This document shows, one piece after another, positions 55,703-64,000 of a DNA stretch of 64,000 nt. The translations under genes and the position numbers were made by a program. The notes under the pieces were generated by a model. That model made no database searches. It saw only the letters and a list, made by a program, of their open reading frames with translations, and was not told the origin of the DNA. Each line of letters starts with the position of its first letter. Within the stretch, counting starts at the first letter, position 1. The stretch spans positions 79,963-143,962 of the forward strand of contig JBAZHC010000006.1 in assembly GCA_041652575.1 (NCBI GenBank), read 5' to 3'. The stretch comes from Phycisphaerae bacterium. GTDB lineage: Bacteria > Planctomycetota > Phycisphaerae > Sedimentisphaerales > UBA12454.

Positions 55703-56446
55703 TCAATCTTTGGTTGACAAATCATCAATTAAAGAATTGTACTCCTGCTCTATTGCTTCTTTGCCCCAGTTCTTTTTTACATGAACCGATAACAAGAACA
55801 TGTAAGCAAAATTCAAGCATCTCATTTTTAGATCCCCCAAATTTTCATTTGTATCATCATTTATCTCCCCTTGTTTCAGGCTGCTTAGTATCAAAGGATC
55901 GATATGGACAGCGGGACAATACTGTGAGTATAAAATTGCTGAAACATTGCCGCCAAAAATATTTGATGTACTCTCAAATAGACCACCCTTACCGGTAATT
56001 CTTAACCTTTCTTTTTTTGCGTTATAGCCTTTGACAGTTCTTTCAAGTTGTTCTTTCAACTTTTTTATTTTCTTTAAGTCTTCTTTGTTTAATACTCCTT
56101 CTTCTAATTCAAGTAAGCCGTTGTATAAGTTTATTTTCTCATTGCCTGCATTTCTATCCCATCTTCGTAACCTATTATGGATTTCATTTTCATCGTCAGG
56201 GCTCACTACACACCAAAGAAATTTTATAAAGAACTCAGAAATGACCCTTATTAGTGCCATTGCGGGTAATTTAAAACCTTCATCAAGTAAAAGTACTGCC
56301 GCACGGCAATATGTTTTCATTACTGTTATAGCAAAAGCACAAAATAATAAGCTATGGCTCTTATCTCTGGACGACACTTCAGTTATTAGTTTCTGAGTGC
56401 CCTCAAACCACTTATTTATTGCTTTCTCAATTTTTTTGTGGCTCAT
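55703..56446 (-). CDS. helical hypothetical protein (possibly DUF5677-like)
   Basis: 247 aa, AT-rich codon usage. The family assignment is only a resemblance (ALIRVISEFFIKFLW segment). Confidence 0.5.
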   Translation of the reverse strand: MSHKKIEKAINKWFEGTQKLITEVSSRDKSHSLLFCAFAITVMKTYCRAAVLLLDEGFKLPAMALIRVISEFFIKFLWCVVSPDDENEIHNRLRRWDRNAGNEKINLYNGLLELEEGVLNKEDLKKIKKLKEQLERTVKGYNAKKERLRITGKGGLFESTSNIFGGNVSAILYSQYCPAVHIDPLILSSLKQGEINDDTNENLGDLKMRCLNFAYMFLLSVHVKKNWGKEAIEQEYNSLIDDLSTKD

Positions 56447-56587
56447 TTTTCCCCTTTATAGTTTATCTTTTTGTGTTTACACAGTTACACAGCTTTTTCT
56501 TAATTATCATCGCACCAATGCCGAGCAGTAAAAGTGTGGCGAACCGGGTATCTGCACTCCAAGATAATCAGCCTAATTTATTGAAAT

Positions 56588-57304
56588 CTACTTCTTACTT
56601 TTTTTAACTTTTTTATTTTTAAGCTCTTCACCACGTAATAACTTGGTCATCATTTCCACAAACTGCTTTCTAATTTCTCTATCAGTATAGTCGTTTGATA
56701 CTGATGAGACGTTAAGCCCAAGAGTCGGATTTCCATTGTGATCCTTTCTACTTCCAAGTGCCATAAGCAGCTCGTCTTGTTTACTGGTTAGCTTGCTTTC
56801 CATTTGTATTTTTGTTGAACCTGCTCCACAGCCAATAATATAACGCATTGCACCGTTGCCAGGGTAAAATTCAGTAACCACAATGCTCAAGTTAGCTACT
56901 CTTAAAGTTTCCGGTACAACTTCACCAGCAGAAATTACGCTGAATAATGTTTTCTGGGGTATTGCTGCGGTCAAATCTACCTCTAAATCTGAAGCAAACT
57001 TTTTGGCCTGATCTTCTAATTTAGAATCTACTTTCTTCATCGATCCCAAATTCACATCTATTGGCTGTAAAGCTATGGCATCTATTTGATCTAACTTCAA
57101 ATTATGATCTTTGTATACTAATCCCACATTCTTTTTATTTTCATATGAGAGCTTCTGATCAAGAACATGCAATCGGCTGTTATTTATTGAATAACAGCCG
57201 TATAAAAAGAACATTGGTAATAAAATTACACATCTTGCATATTTATTCATTGTTTCACTCCTTGATTTTTCTCTTTTGTTTAATATCAAGAAATCATTAT
57301 TCAT
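56588..57304 (-). CDS. lipoprotein (possibly DUF4410-like)
   Basis: 238 aa. Lipobox-like LYGC; FYPGNGAMRYIIGCGAGSTKI motif. Confidence 0.55.
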   Translation of the reverse strand: MNNDFLILNKREKSRSETMNKYARCVILLPMFFLYGCYSINNSRLHVLDQKLSYENKKNVGLVYKDHNLKLDQIDAIALQPIDVNLGSMKKVDSKLEDQAKKFASDLEVDLTAAIPQKTLFSVISAGEVVPETLRVANLSIVVTEFYPGNGAMRYIIGCGAGSTKIQMESKLTSKQDELLMALGSRKDHNGNPTLGLNVSSVSNDYTDREIRKQFVEMMTKLLRGEELKNKKVKKSKK

Positions 57305-57846
57305 AGTTTCTCAACTATTGTTTTAATTCCTTTCTCAGCAACTTTTTTGGCTCCATATTCTGGAGTTCTCTCTTCAACTGACCATCCCCCAGTATTATTG
57401 GTTTCAAATATATTCCAAAGAATTTTGCCTGTATCCAGCGAAACACACTCTGCTGCAAAACCAACCATTGCATATTTAAACAAATCGCCCTTATTCCAAA
57501 CAGTAACTTGACCTGTAATGATTACATTGGCTCCCGCCTGTCTTGCAATCTCATGACGCTTATTGGGATCTTCCCAATCTGTTTGTTGCAATTGAAGTTG
57601 TTTAATCGCATGATTCAGATCAAGAGTTGAGAGGAAAATATAAGGCACTTTCTCTTTTGATGAAATTTTTGCCAAAGCACTCTTGAATGCTACTGAAAAA
57701 ATCCTCCCACTACCAGGTTTGTTTTGTGCATCCTCAAAAGGAATCAAAACTGCTTTTATATTCTTATTCTCTGGCAGGATTCTTTTGTTGCTAGATGTAC
57801 AACCAGCAATAATAACGCAAGCTAATACGAGAATTAGTTTTCTCAT
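57301..57846 (-). CDS. lipoprotein (LpoB/CsgG-N-like fold candidate)
   Basis: 181 aa. Lipobox IIAGC; ANVIITGQVT pattern. 4-nt overlap with the downstream lipoprotein gene. Confidence 0.55.
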   Translation of the reverse strand: MRKLILVLACVIIAGCTSSNKRILPENKNIKAVLIPFEDAQNKPGSGRIFSVAFKSALAKISSKEKVPYIFLSTLDLNHAIKQLQLQQTDWEDPNKRHEIARQAGANVIITGQVTVWNKGDLFKYAMVGFAAECVSLDTGKILWNIFETNNTGGWSVEERTPEYGAKKVAEKGIKTIVEKL

Positions 57847-57924
57847 TTACTCCACCTTTCAAAACCTCGATTTTTATTATGTAAAAGTATATTCTGCGGC
57901 ATACGGATAAGCAAGGGAAAACAG

Positions 57925-58110
57925 GTCAAAAGGCAGAAGATGGGATTGCCGCGGCTGAAGCGGCCACGCCTGCGGCGGGCAAGCCTCGCAATGACCCTGA
58001 TGAGATGGCTGCGGTGACGCAACTCGTTTTGTCTATCGTCTTACAGGGTCGGGATTAGTAAAAATCAATGAAATAAGTGTAACTTGTGGCTAAGCTATCT
58101 GTAATTAAAA
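57925..58110. repeat. cluster of dispersed repeat modules (right border of the lipoprotein island)
   Basis: cgcaatgac..gatgagatgg family; ggctgcggtgacgcaactcgttttgtctatcgtcttac (58006-58043); aaaaatcaatgaaataagtgtaacttgtggctaagctatc (compare 13813-13850). Confidence 0.65.
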
Positions 58111-58115
58111 ACTGC

Positions 58116-58190
58116 TCACGTCTTTCGCAGTTTGTTTGCGACTTTAACCACATCAACCATCGCGGCGATATCAATTACGTCCAAAAAGTC
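58116..58190 (-). pseudogene. diverged duplicate of the folP 3' end (remnant)
   Basis: 58134-58172 matches 59863-59901 at 36 of 39 positions. The minus strand encodes ..IDIAAMVDVVKVANKLRKT-stop, versus the folP C-terminus ..VHDVAAMADVVKVANRLGKVIL-stop. Confidence 0.65.
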
Positions 58191-58200
58191 AGGAAGCGAT

Positions 58201-59727
58201 TTATTTTTCGGTAGCTTTCGCCCTTTCTTCGTCAGACATTTTTGCCAGTCGCTTAACCTCATTTATATCAAGACCCATCCCTTTGGCTACGCGACTGCCA
58301 TAATCTTCGTCTGCCTTAAAAAACAGAGCTGTTTGCCGTAACTGGATACGCTTTTGTGCTTTGCCCAAATGGTCCACAATATTGCCAACGAGATTGCTGC
58401 GGTCGCTGTCTGACATTGCTTTGCGATACAGATTGCCGGCCTGAACGAAATCGTCGTTAGGAAAAGTGAACGGGAATCTGTCCGCCTGGCCGGAGATGTC
58501 GAAAGCAGGTTCTGCGGCTGTCGGGTCTGGAGCTTGTCCGCCGAAGCTATTCGGCCAGTAGTTTGGCCCGTCCCCGCCGTTGCCGTTGACCTGCATAAAG
58601 CCGTCACGCTGATAGCTTTTTTCGGGAGCGTGTTTCGGAGCGTTGACCGGTATCTGGTGATAGTTTGGCCCGAGTCTGTGAATGTGTGTATCGTGATAAG
58701 AAAACGCCCTTGCCTGGAGCATCTTGTCCGGTGAAAGTGCGATGCCGGGAACCATATTCCCCGGGCAGAAAGCCGCCTGTTCGACTTCCGCAAAATAATT
58801 AACCGGATTGCGATTCAAAACCAATTTGCCAATTTTAATCGGCTTGACTTCCGCATGCGGCCATACCTTTGTAATATCAAAAATGTCCCATGGGAAATTT
58901 TTAGCTTTTTCCGGCGTCAAAATCTGCATCTCGAGCGTCCATGAAGGATAATTTTTTTTCTCGATAGCCTCGAACAAATCGCGGGTGGCATGATTGGGGT
59001 CTTCGCCGCTGAGCCGTGTTGATTCGGCCCGGGTCAGATTTTTTATGCCCTGGTCGGTTTTGAAATGGTACTGTACCCAAAAGTACTGGCCTTTATCGTT
59101 ATACCACTTGAATGTGTGGCTGCTGTAACCGTTCATATTTCGATATGTGGCGGGCGTTCCCCTGTCGGAAAAGAGGACTGTAACCTGATGAATGGATTCC
59201 GGCGTAAGTGACAGAAAATCCCAAAACATATCAGCATCCGGAAGATTGGTTTTCGGATTCCGTTTTTGCGTGTGTATGAAGTCGGGAAACTTGAGCGGGT
59301 CGCGAATAAAAAATACCGGCGTGTTGTTGCCTACTAAGTCGTAGTTGCCTTGGTCGGTATAAAATTTTATCGCGAATCCGCGCGGGTCCCGCGCAGCGTC
59401 TGCGGAACCTCTTTCGCCGCCAACGGTAGAGAAACGAACAAAGACATCGGTGCGCTTGCCGACTTGTGAGAGAAATTGGGCTTTGGTGTATTTGGTTACA
59501 TCGGCAGTAACTTCGAAATAGCCGTATGCTCCGGCTCCCTTTGCATGCACGACTCGTTCAGGAATTCGCTCGCGGTCGAAATGGCCCAGCTTCTCCAGCA
59601 GGTGAACATCCTGCATCAATATTGGCCCTCGCTCACCGGCCGTTAAGCTGTTCTGGTCGTCGGCAACAGGAATTCCAAAGGCGGTAGTTAGTTTTTCCTC
59701 TTTCTTTTTATCTTTTTCTTTTTTCAT
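58201..59727 (-). CDS. katA: monofunctional heme catalase
   Basis: 508 aa. FDRERIPERVVHAKGAGAYGYFEV distal-His block and RLGPNY proximal region. Confidence 0.93.
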   Translation of the reverse strand: MKKEKDKKKEEKLTTAFGIPVADDQNSLTAGERGPILMQDVHLLEKLGHFDRERIPERVVHAKGAGAYGYFEVTADVTKYTKAQFLSQVGKRTDVFVRFSTVGGERGSADAARDPRGFAIKFYTDQGNYDLVGNNTPVFFIRDPLKFPDFIHTQKRNPKTNLPDADMFWDFLSLTPESIHQVTVLFSDRGTPATYRNMNGYSSHTFKWYNDKGQYFWVQYHFKTDQGIKNLTRAESTRLSGEDPNHATRDLFEAIEKKNYPSWTLEMQILTPEKAKNFPWDIFDITKVWPHAEVKPIKIGKLVLNRNPVNYFAEVEQAAFCPGNMVPGIALSPDKMLQARAFSYHDTHIHRLGPNYHQIPVNAPKHAPEKSYQRDGFMQVNGNGGDGPNYWPNSFGGQAPDPTAAEPAFDISGQADRFPFTFPNDDFVQAGNLYRKAMSDSDRSNLVGNIVDHLGKAQKRIQLRQTALFFKADEDYGSRVAKGMGLDINEVKRLAKMSDEERAKATEK

Positions 59728-59838
59728 TTTAAATCCCCTGTTTTAGCAGTATTATTTAATATATTCATTTAACGCGATGCTAAGCACGTTGATGACTCTC
59801 CACCCCGATAAAATAGCGAGCAACTCTTTGCCTGTCAA

Positions 59839-60696
59839 CTATAGAATAACTTTCCCAAGTCTGTTTGCGACTTTAACCACGTCAGCCATCGCGGCGACAT
59901 CGTGAACACGCACAATTGAAACGCCCGCCGCCGCGGCCAAAGCAACTGTCGCGGCAGTTCCGAAAATTCTGTCCTTCGGCTCCTCTTTACCTGTCAGTAT
60001 CCCGATAAATTTCTTTCTGCTGGCACCGAGCAAAACTCTGAAACCACTGTTTACAAAAACATCGATGTTTCGCAGGAGCTCAAGATTATGTTCGAGTGTT
60101 TTGCCGAACCCAATGCCGGGGTCGATAAAGATTTTCTCTTTTTCAATACCTGCCTTTTGTGCGGCCGATGCTCTATCCAATAAATAATCGAGAACCTCAC
60201 CAACGACATCTTTATACTTCGGCTCTTTCTGCATTGTTTCGGGATTGTTTTGAATATGCATAAGTATTACCGGTACTTTTTTCTCCGCCGCAAGCTGCGC
60301 GGTTCTGTCGTCGCTTAAAGCGGTTATATCATTTATTATCGAAGCGCCTGCTTCGAGGGCCGCCTTCGTAACTTCAAAATTTTTACTGTCGATACTTATC
60401 GGGATTTTTATTTTGCCGGCAAGTTTTTCGATAACCGGAATAACTCTTTTGATTTGCTCTTCTGCGGAAACTGGTTTTGAGCCGGGGCGGGTGGATTCGG
60501 CGCCGATGTCGATTATCGCTGCTCCCTCCTGCTCCATTTTGATACCACCGGCGACAGCTTTTTGAGTATCGAGGAAATCACCGCCGTCGCTGAACGAATC
60601 AGGCGTAATATTCAGAACGCCCATTATGATACAGCCGGCGGAAAAATCCATTTTCCCAACCGGCCATATCAAAATATCTTTATCCTTATCCTGCAT
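59839..60696 (-). CDS. folP: dihydropteroate synthase
   Basis: 285 aa. MGVLNITPDSFSDGG, DIGAESTRPG, and GASRK near the C-terminus. Confidence 0.92.
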   Translation of the reverse strand: MQDKDKDILIWPVGKMDFSAGCIIMGVLNITPDSFSDGGDFLDTQKAVAGGIKMEQEGAAIIDIGAESTRPGSKPVSAEEQIKRVIPVIEKLAGKIKIPISIDSKNFEVTKAALEAGASIINDITALSDDRTAQLAAEKKVPVILMHIQNNPETMQKEPKYKDVVGEVLDYLLDRASAAQKAGIEKEKIFIDPGIGFGKTLEHNLELLRNIDVFVNSGFRVLLGASRKKFIGILTGKEEPKDRIFGTAATVALAAAAGVSIVRVHDVAAMADVVKVANRLGKVIL

Positions 60697-61346
60697 TACT
60701 CGACAATCTCTGCCCTAAGCACAAGAAAGAACATATCATTGCCGATTTGTGTCTGGGCAACAATAACAGGCTTTTGAGCAAGGACAACAGTTATATTTCG
60801 ATAATCAACAGAACTGCTATCCGGCGGGCATTTATTCTCAATTTTGCTATATATAAATTTGGACTTAAATGACCACTCCACATATACCTGCTTATTTCCC
60901 AAAATGCTTGAACGTGTCCAGAATTCTACTTTTTGACCATAAGAACGATAGGTTCGTGACGTTATTGGTCTTGAGCTATCGCCAACAAAAGATTCTGTCG
61001 AATCGCCGAAATATGTTTCATTAGTGAATACATTCTCAACTTCCGTCTTAACCATAGCGCGAGTTGCTGCAGAAGCTGTGATACTGCCGCTGTTTGGCTC
61101 ACCAAGGCACCAAATCAGATTCATTACTGAAACATTTTCTTTGTCTTTTTCCGATAATGGCTTTACGCCGGATTTAGCCAGGGCATCTGCGTCAACCTTT
61201 ACAAGCCAGGCGTTGACAATAACGCTGCGATAGTCAGGTTTCTCTTTTTCCGGCTCTGCGGCTTTTTTCTCTTCTGCCCAAACAACCGAACACATTGCCA
61301 GAATAGATGCCAAAATCAAAAGCTTTTTCATAATCTTACCTCTCAA
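60696..61346 (-). CDS. secreted hypothetical protein, 1-nt overlap with folP
   Basis: 216 aa. Signal peptide MKKLLILASILAMCSVVWA, so the start is probably the internal Met at 61331. Confidence 0.55.
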   Translation of the reverse strand: MRGKIMKKLLILASILAMCSVVWAEEKKAAEPEKEKPDYRSVIVNAWLVKVDADALAKSGVKPLSEKDKENVSVMNLIWCLGEPNSGSITASAATRAMVKTEVENVFTNETYFGDSTESFVGDSSRPITSRTYRSYGQKVEFWTRSSILGNKQVYVEWSFKSKFIYSKIENKCPPDSSSVDYRNITVVLAQKPVIVAQTQIGNDMFFLVLRAEIVE

Positions 61347-61374
61347 AATTAGACGCCAATTAACACTGTATGAT

Positions 61375-61470
61375 TAGACACGGATTTACACTGTATATAA
61401 AAAAATATATCTCTGTGTTCTCTGCTGAAGCGAAGCGGAAGTCCCGACGCATCGGGATGCTCTGTGGCTA
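61375..61470. repeat. dispersed intergenic repeat
   Basis: tagacacgga..ctctgtgttctctgctgaagcgaagcgg..ctctgtggctaaaa; related to 13925-13990 and 52396-52470. Confidence 0.5.
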
Positions 61471-61479
61471 AAATAAAAT

Positions 61480-62622
61480 TTATTCTCTGTGGCCATCAGT
61501 TTTAAACCCTATACCCTCAAATATAGTTTTAAGTTTCTCATCCTTTATTGAAACGACTGTATTCTGAAATTCTCTGCGGACGTGATAATTTTTCCGCAGG
61601 CCGTCGAAATACGCCCCGCCTGTTCCGGCAGGAGCTTCCGTTATCCGTCTCAATTTTTCATCATCTATTCTTATGTCGTAGAGCATATTCACTGCCGCCG
61701 ATAATGGGTTTTCCTCCTGCTCGTTGATAACAATTCTTTCAATCTGCGATGGCGGCAAAAAATTATTAATGTTGAACTTCGACTTGATTCCGAAGTGCAT
61801 GCAGAACGCCTCATAAATCATAACCATACCCGCGACCTTGCCGTCATAAGAATAGCCTGCGATATGCGGCGTGCCGTAATCGACCATTTTCAAAAGCTCG
61901 ACATCGATATTCGGCTCTTCCTCCCATACGTCAAGTACGCAAGCTCTTGTTTTGCCGGAAGTTATAGCGGTTTTCAGTGCCATAGTATCGTGTACTCCGC
62001 CCCGGCAGGTATTTAAAAAAATCGCTCCTTTTTTCAGGGCCGCGAAAAATTTCTCATCGGCCAAATGAAAAGTTTTATCGATTCCCTCTTTAGTCAGCGG
62101 CGTATGCAGCGTTACGATATCGCAATTTAAAATTTCCTCTATCGGCCGGTATTTTTCATCGCCGGTTTTTCTTTTCAGCGGCGGGTCGTTGAGGACAACT
62201 TTCATTCCCAGCGCTTTTGCTTTTTTTTCTACTTTACTGCCGACATTTCCAACTCCGACGATGCCGATTGATTTTTTTGAAATATCTAATTTGTATTTAT
62301 CGGCAAGATTTAAAAGTGCCGATACGACATATTCCGCGACTGAATTGGCGTTCGAGCCAGGCGCCGATGAGAAACCGATTTTTCTCGATGCGAGGTATTC
62401 GAGGTCGACATGTTCGAAGCCGATTGTCGCTGTGCCGACGAATTTTACATTTGTCTCGTCGAGCAGGTCCTTATCGACTTTTGTAATGGTACGCACTAAA
62501 AGCGCATCGACGTCTTTTAAAATTTCACGAGTGATCGTCCGGCCGTGAATTGTTAAACAGTCCCCGGCCGAACTGAAACATTCCTTTACAAACGGTATAT
62601 TCTCGTCTGCTATAATTTTCAT
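61480..62622 (-). CDS. pdxB: 4-phosphoerythronate dehydrogenase
   Basis: 380 aa. MKIIADENIP start, NAD fold GIVGVGNVGS, and the PdxB-specific C-terminal dimerisation domain. Confidence 0.88.
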   Translation of the reverse strand: MKIIADENIPFVKECFSSAGDCLTIHGRTITREILKDVDALLVRTITKVDKDLLDETNVKFVGTATIGFEHVDLEYLASRKIGFSSAPGSNANSVAEYVVSALLNLADKYKLDISKKSIGIVGVGNVGSKVEKKAKALGMKVVLNDPPLKRKTGDEKYRPIEEILNCDIVTLHTPLTKEGIDKTFHLADEKFFAALKKGAIFLNTCRGGVHDTMALKTAITSGKTRACVLDVWEEEPNIDVELLKMVDYGTPHIAGYSYDGKVAGMVMIYEAFCMHFGIKSKFNINNFLPPSQIERIVINEQEENPLSAAVNMLYDIRIDDEKLRRITEAPAGTGGAYFDGLRKNYHVRREFQNTVVSIKDEKLKTIFEGIGFKTDGHRE

Positions 62623-62755
62623 CCCGCACCTTCTTTTTATTCAATTTTCCAGTGAGTTTATCCAATATGCAAGTTATTTTTTTCGATTATCCAAAAACTT
62701 ATGCCTTTGGGAATACTTGGAAGGTGCGGGATTCGTTCACAATAGATTTTGGCAG

Positions 62756-63859
62756 CTATTTTGCACTGGGGCATTGTTGTTTTTCTGTGGAAAGCGCCTG
62801 CTTTAATTCTTCAACCAGCTTATCGACAAGCACTTTTACAGGTATAATTTCGGTGCATTTATAGGCGTTTGAGCCGGCAAACACGAAAGATTCGTCCAGT
62901 TTACCTTTCGAAGCGTTTGACAAAACTTTGGCTATGCAGTACGGCGCCTTATTGGGGTCGCAGGTTCTGAGGCATTTATAAACGCACTTGAAAGGCACAG
63001 TCAGCCCCTGTTTAATTTTTTCCACAAACGGGCTATTGATAACCCTGCCCGGCAGTCCGACCGGACTTTTTATAATTGTTATATCATTCGGGCCGGCATT
63101 TATATAGGCCTGCTTAAAGTTTTCATGAGCATCGCATTCGTCCGTGCAGACAAACCGAGTCGCCATTTGAACTCCTGCCGCGCCTAATCTGAGAAAATGC
63201 GCTATATCTGCGCCGTCAAAAATTCCTCCCGCCGCGATAACCGGTATCTTCGGCTCGAACGTATTGGCAAACTCAATCACCTCTTTGACTATCTGTTCAA
63301 GTGTCATAGCTGTTCCGTCAGCCAGACTCTCGGCTGAATAGCCCAAATGACCGCCCGCTTTGACGCCTTCGACAATCACGGCATCGGGAAGCTTGTTATA
63401 TCGGCCTTTCCATCTTCTGCAGATAAGTTCCATCGCCTTGACAGATGAAACTATCGGAATCAGTTTAATATCTTTTCCGTTGAGGAATTTAGGCAGCTCC
63501 AGCGGCAGACCTGCACCGCAAATTATCATATCGACATTTTCTTCAACCGATATCTTGACAAGATTTTCATAATCGGTAAGAGCGACCATTATATTAACGC
63601 CGATGATTCCTTTGGTAAGAGTTCTTGCTTTTCTGATTTCGTTTCTCAGGGATTCGCCGTTAAAAGTCCACAAATCCTTTCCGCTGAGATCCTCAAACAG
63701 ACCGATTCCCGTACTGGCGATAACTCCGGCGCAGCCGGTATTGGCGACCGCAGAAGCAAGCCCCGCTTCGGATACCCTGATTCCCATTCCGCCCTGTATT
63801 ATCGGCGGATTAATCGTTAAATTCCCGATTTTCAAATCGGGTATATTATTGGTCTGCAT
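62756..63859 (-). CDS. NAD(P)H-dependent flavin oxidoreductase of the nitronate monooxygenase / FabK family
   Basis: 367 aa. IIQGGMGIRVS, GGHLG, AAGGIFDG blocks. Confidence 0.82.
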   Translation of the reverse strand: MQTNNIPDLKIGNLTINPPIIQGGMGIRVSEAGLASAVANTGCAGVIASTGIGLFEDLSGKDLWTFNGESLRNEIRKARTLTKGIIGVNIMVALTDYENLVKISVEENVDMIICGAGLPLELPKFLNGKDIKLIPIVSSVKAMELICRRWKGRYNKLPDAVIVEGVKAGGHLGYSAESLADGTAMTLEQIVKEVIEFANTFEPKIPVIAAGGIFDGADIAHFLRLGAAGVQMATRFVCTDECDAHENFKQAYINAGPNDITIIKSPVGLPGRVINSPFVEKIKQGLTVPFKCVYKCLRTCDPNKAPYCIAKVLSNASKGKLDESFVFAGSNAYKCTEIIPVKVLVDKLVEELKQALSTEKQQCPSAK

Positions 63860-64000
63860 AAATACCTTAATTTAATTTAACTTAATAAAGCTTTAGTACT
63901 ATAAGAGAATGTCGTTAATGATAGGTGTTGAAGCTGCTATTATTCTCAGGCGATTACTCTTTTCAGCGCCCGCATAATGCGACAATTCTGATTTAATACA

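Noticed and set aside
58132-58341. 69-aa plus-strand ORF spanning the catalase 3' end
   Set aside because: It overlaps the catalase stop region and the folP-remnant on the wrong strand. The region is explained by those two features.
1-64000. tRNA, rRNA, tmRNA, RNase P RNA or prophage/integrase signatures
   Set aside because: I could not recognise cloverleaf-type tRNA sequences, rRNA blocks or integrase/recombinase ORFs anywhere in the window by eye. A tRNA or covariance-model scan would be needed to exclude small RNAs formally.

Overview
This 64-kb chromosomal segment looks like a PVC/Planctomycetota-type (Phycisphaerae-like) bacterium; that placement is inferred from gene content and repeat style, with no search run. 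All product calls come from motifs I could read in the supplied translations. The backbone is housekeeping: purF-purM, purQ and a purS-purL fusion, tyrA, accA, hemL, proC, dnaX, recR, rpoN, dprA, folC, folP, pdxB, a fabK-like reductase, a fused EtfB-EtfA with ETF-QO, a catalase, and a histidine kinase / sigma-54 NtrC-type pair. Several small, visibly AT-richer insertions interrupt it, almost all edged by dispersed intergenic repeat families:
(1) an OLD-family ATPase-TOPRIM nuclease with a KTSC-domain partner (11.35-13.7 kb);
(2) a 2.9-kb corrinoid-protein + extended sigma-factor module bracketed by perfect 111-bp inverted repeats, with an HNH-AP2 gene whose 3' end runs into one repeat;
(3) a 2.5-kb island splitting the dnaX-recR synteny, carrying a convergent, 3'-overlapping AbiEii/AbiEi-like pair plus a 780-bp non-coding tract with three perfect palindromes sharing one core;
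(4) a GxxExxY gene and a three-gene four-helix-bundle cassette, the latter flanked by 33-bp inverted repeats and wedged between the kinase and its response regulator;
(5) a REP-associated tyrosine transposase with flanking REPs;
(6) a three-gene lipoprotein island;
(7) a catalase sitting next to a diverged duplicate of the folP 3' end.
Other points are an unlisted 4.5S-type SRP RNA on the minus strand upstream of dnaX, an A9 slippery run in dnaX with stops in both alternative frames (candidate gamma-subunit recoding), and repeat-derived in-frame inserts in dnaX and a PfkB kinase. I recognised no rRNA, tRNA or CRISPR array.
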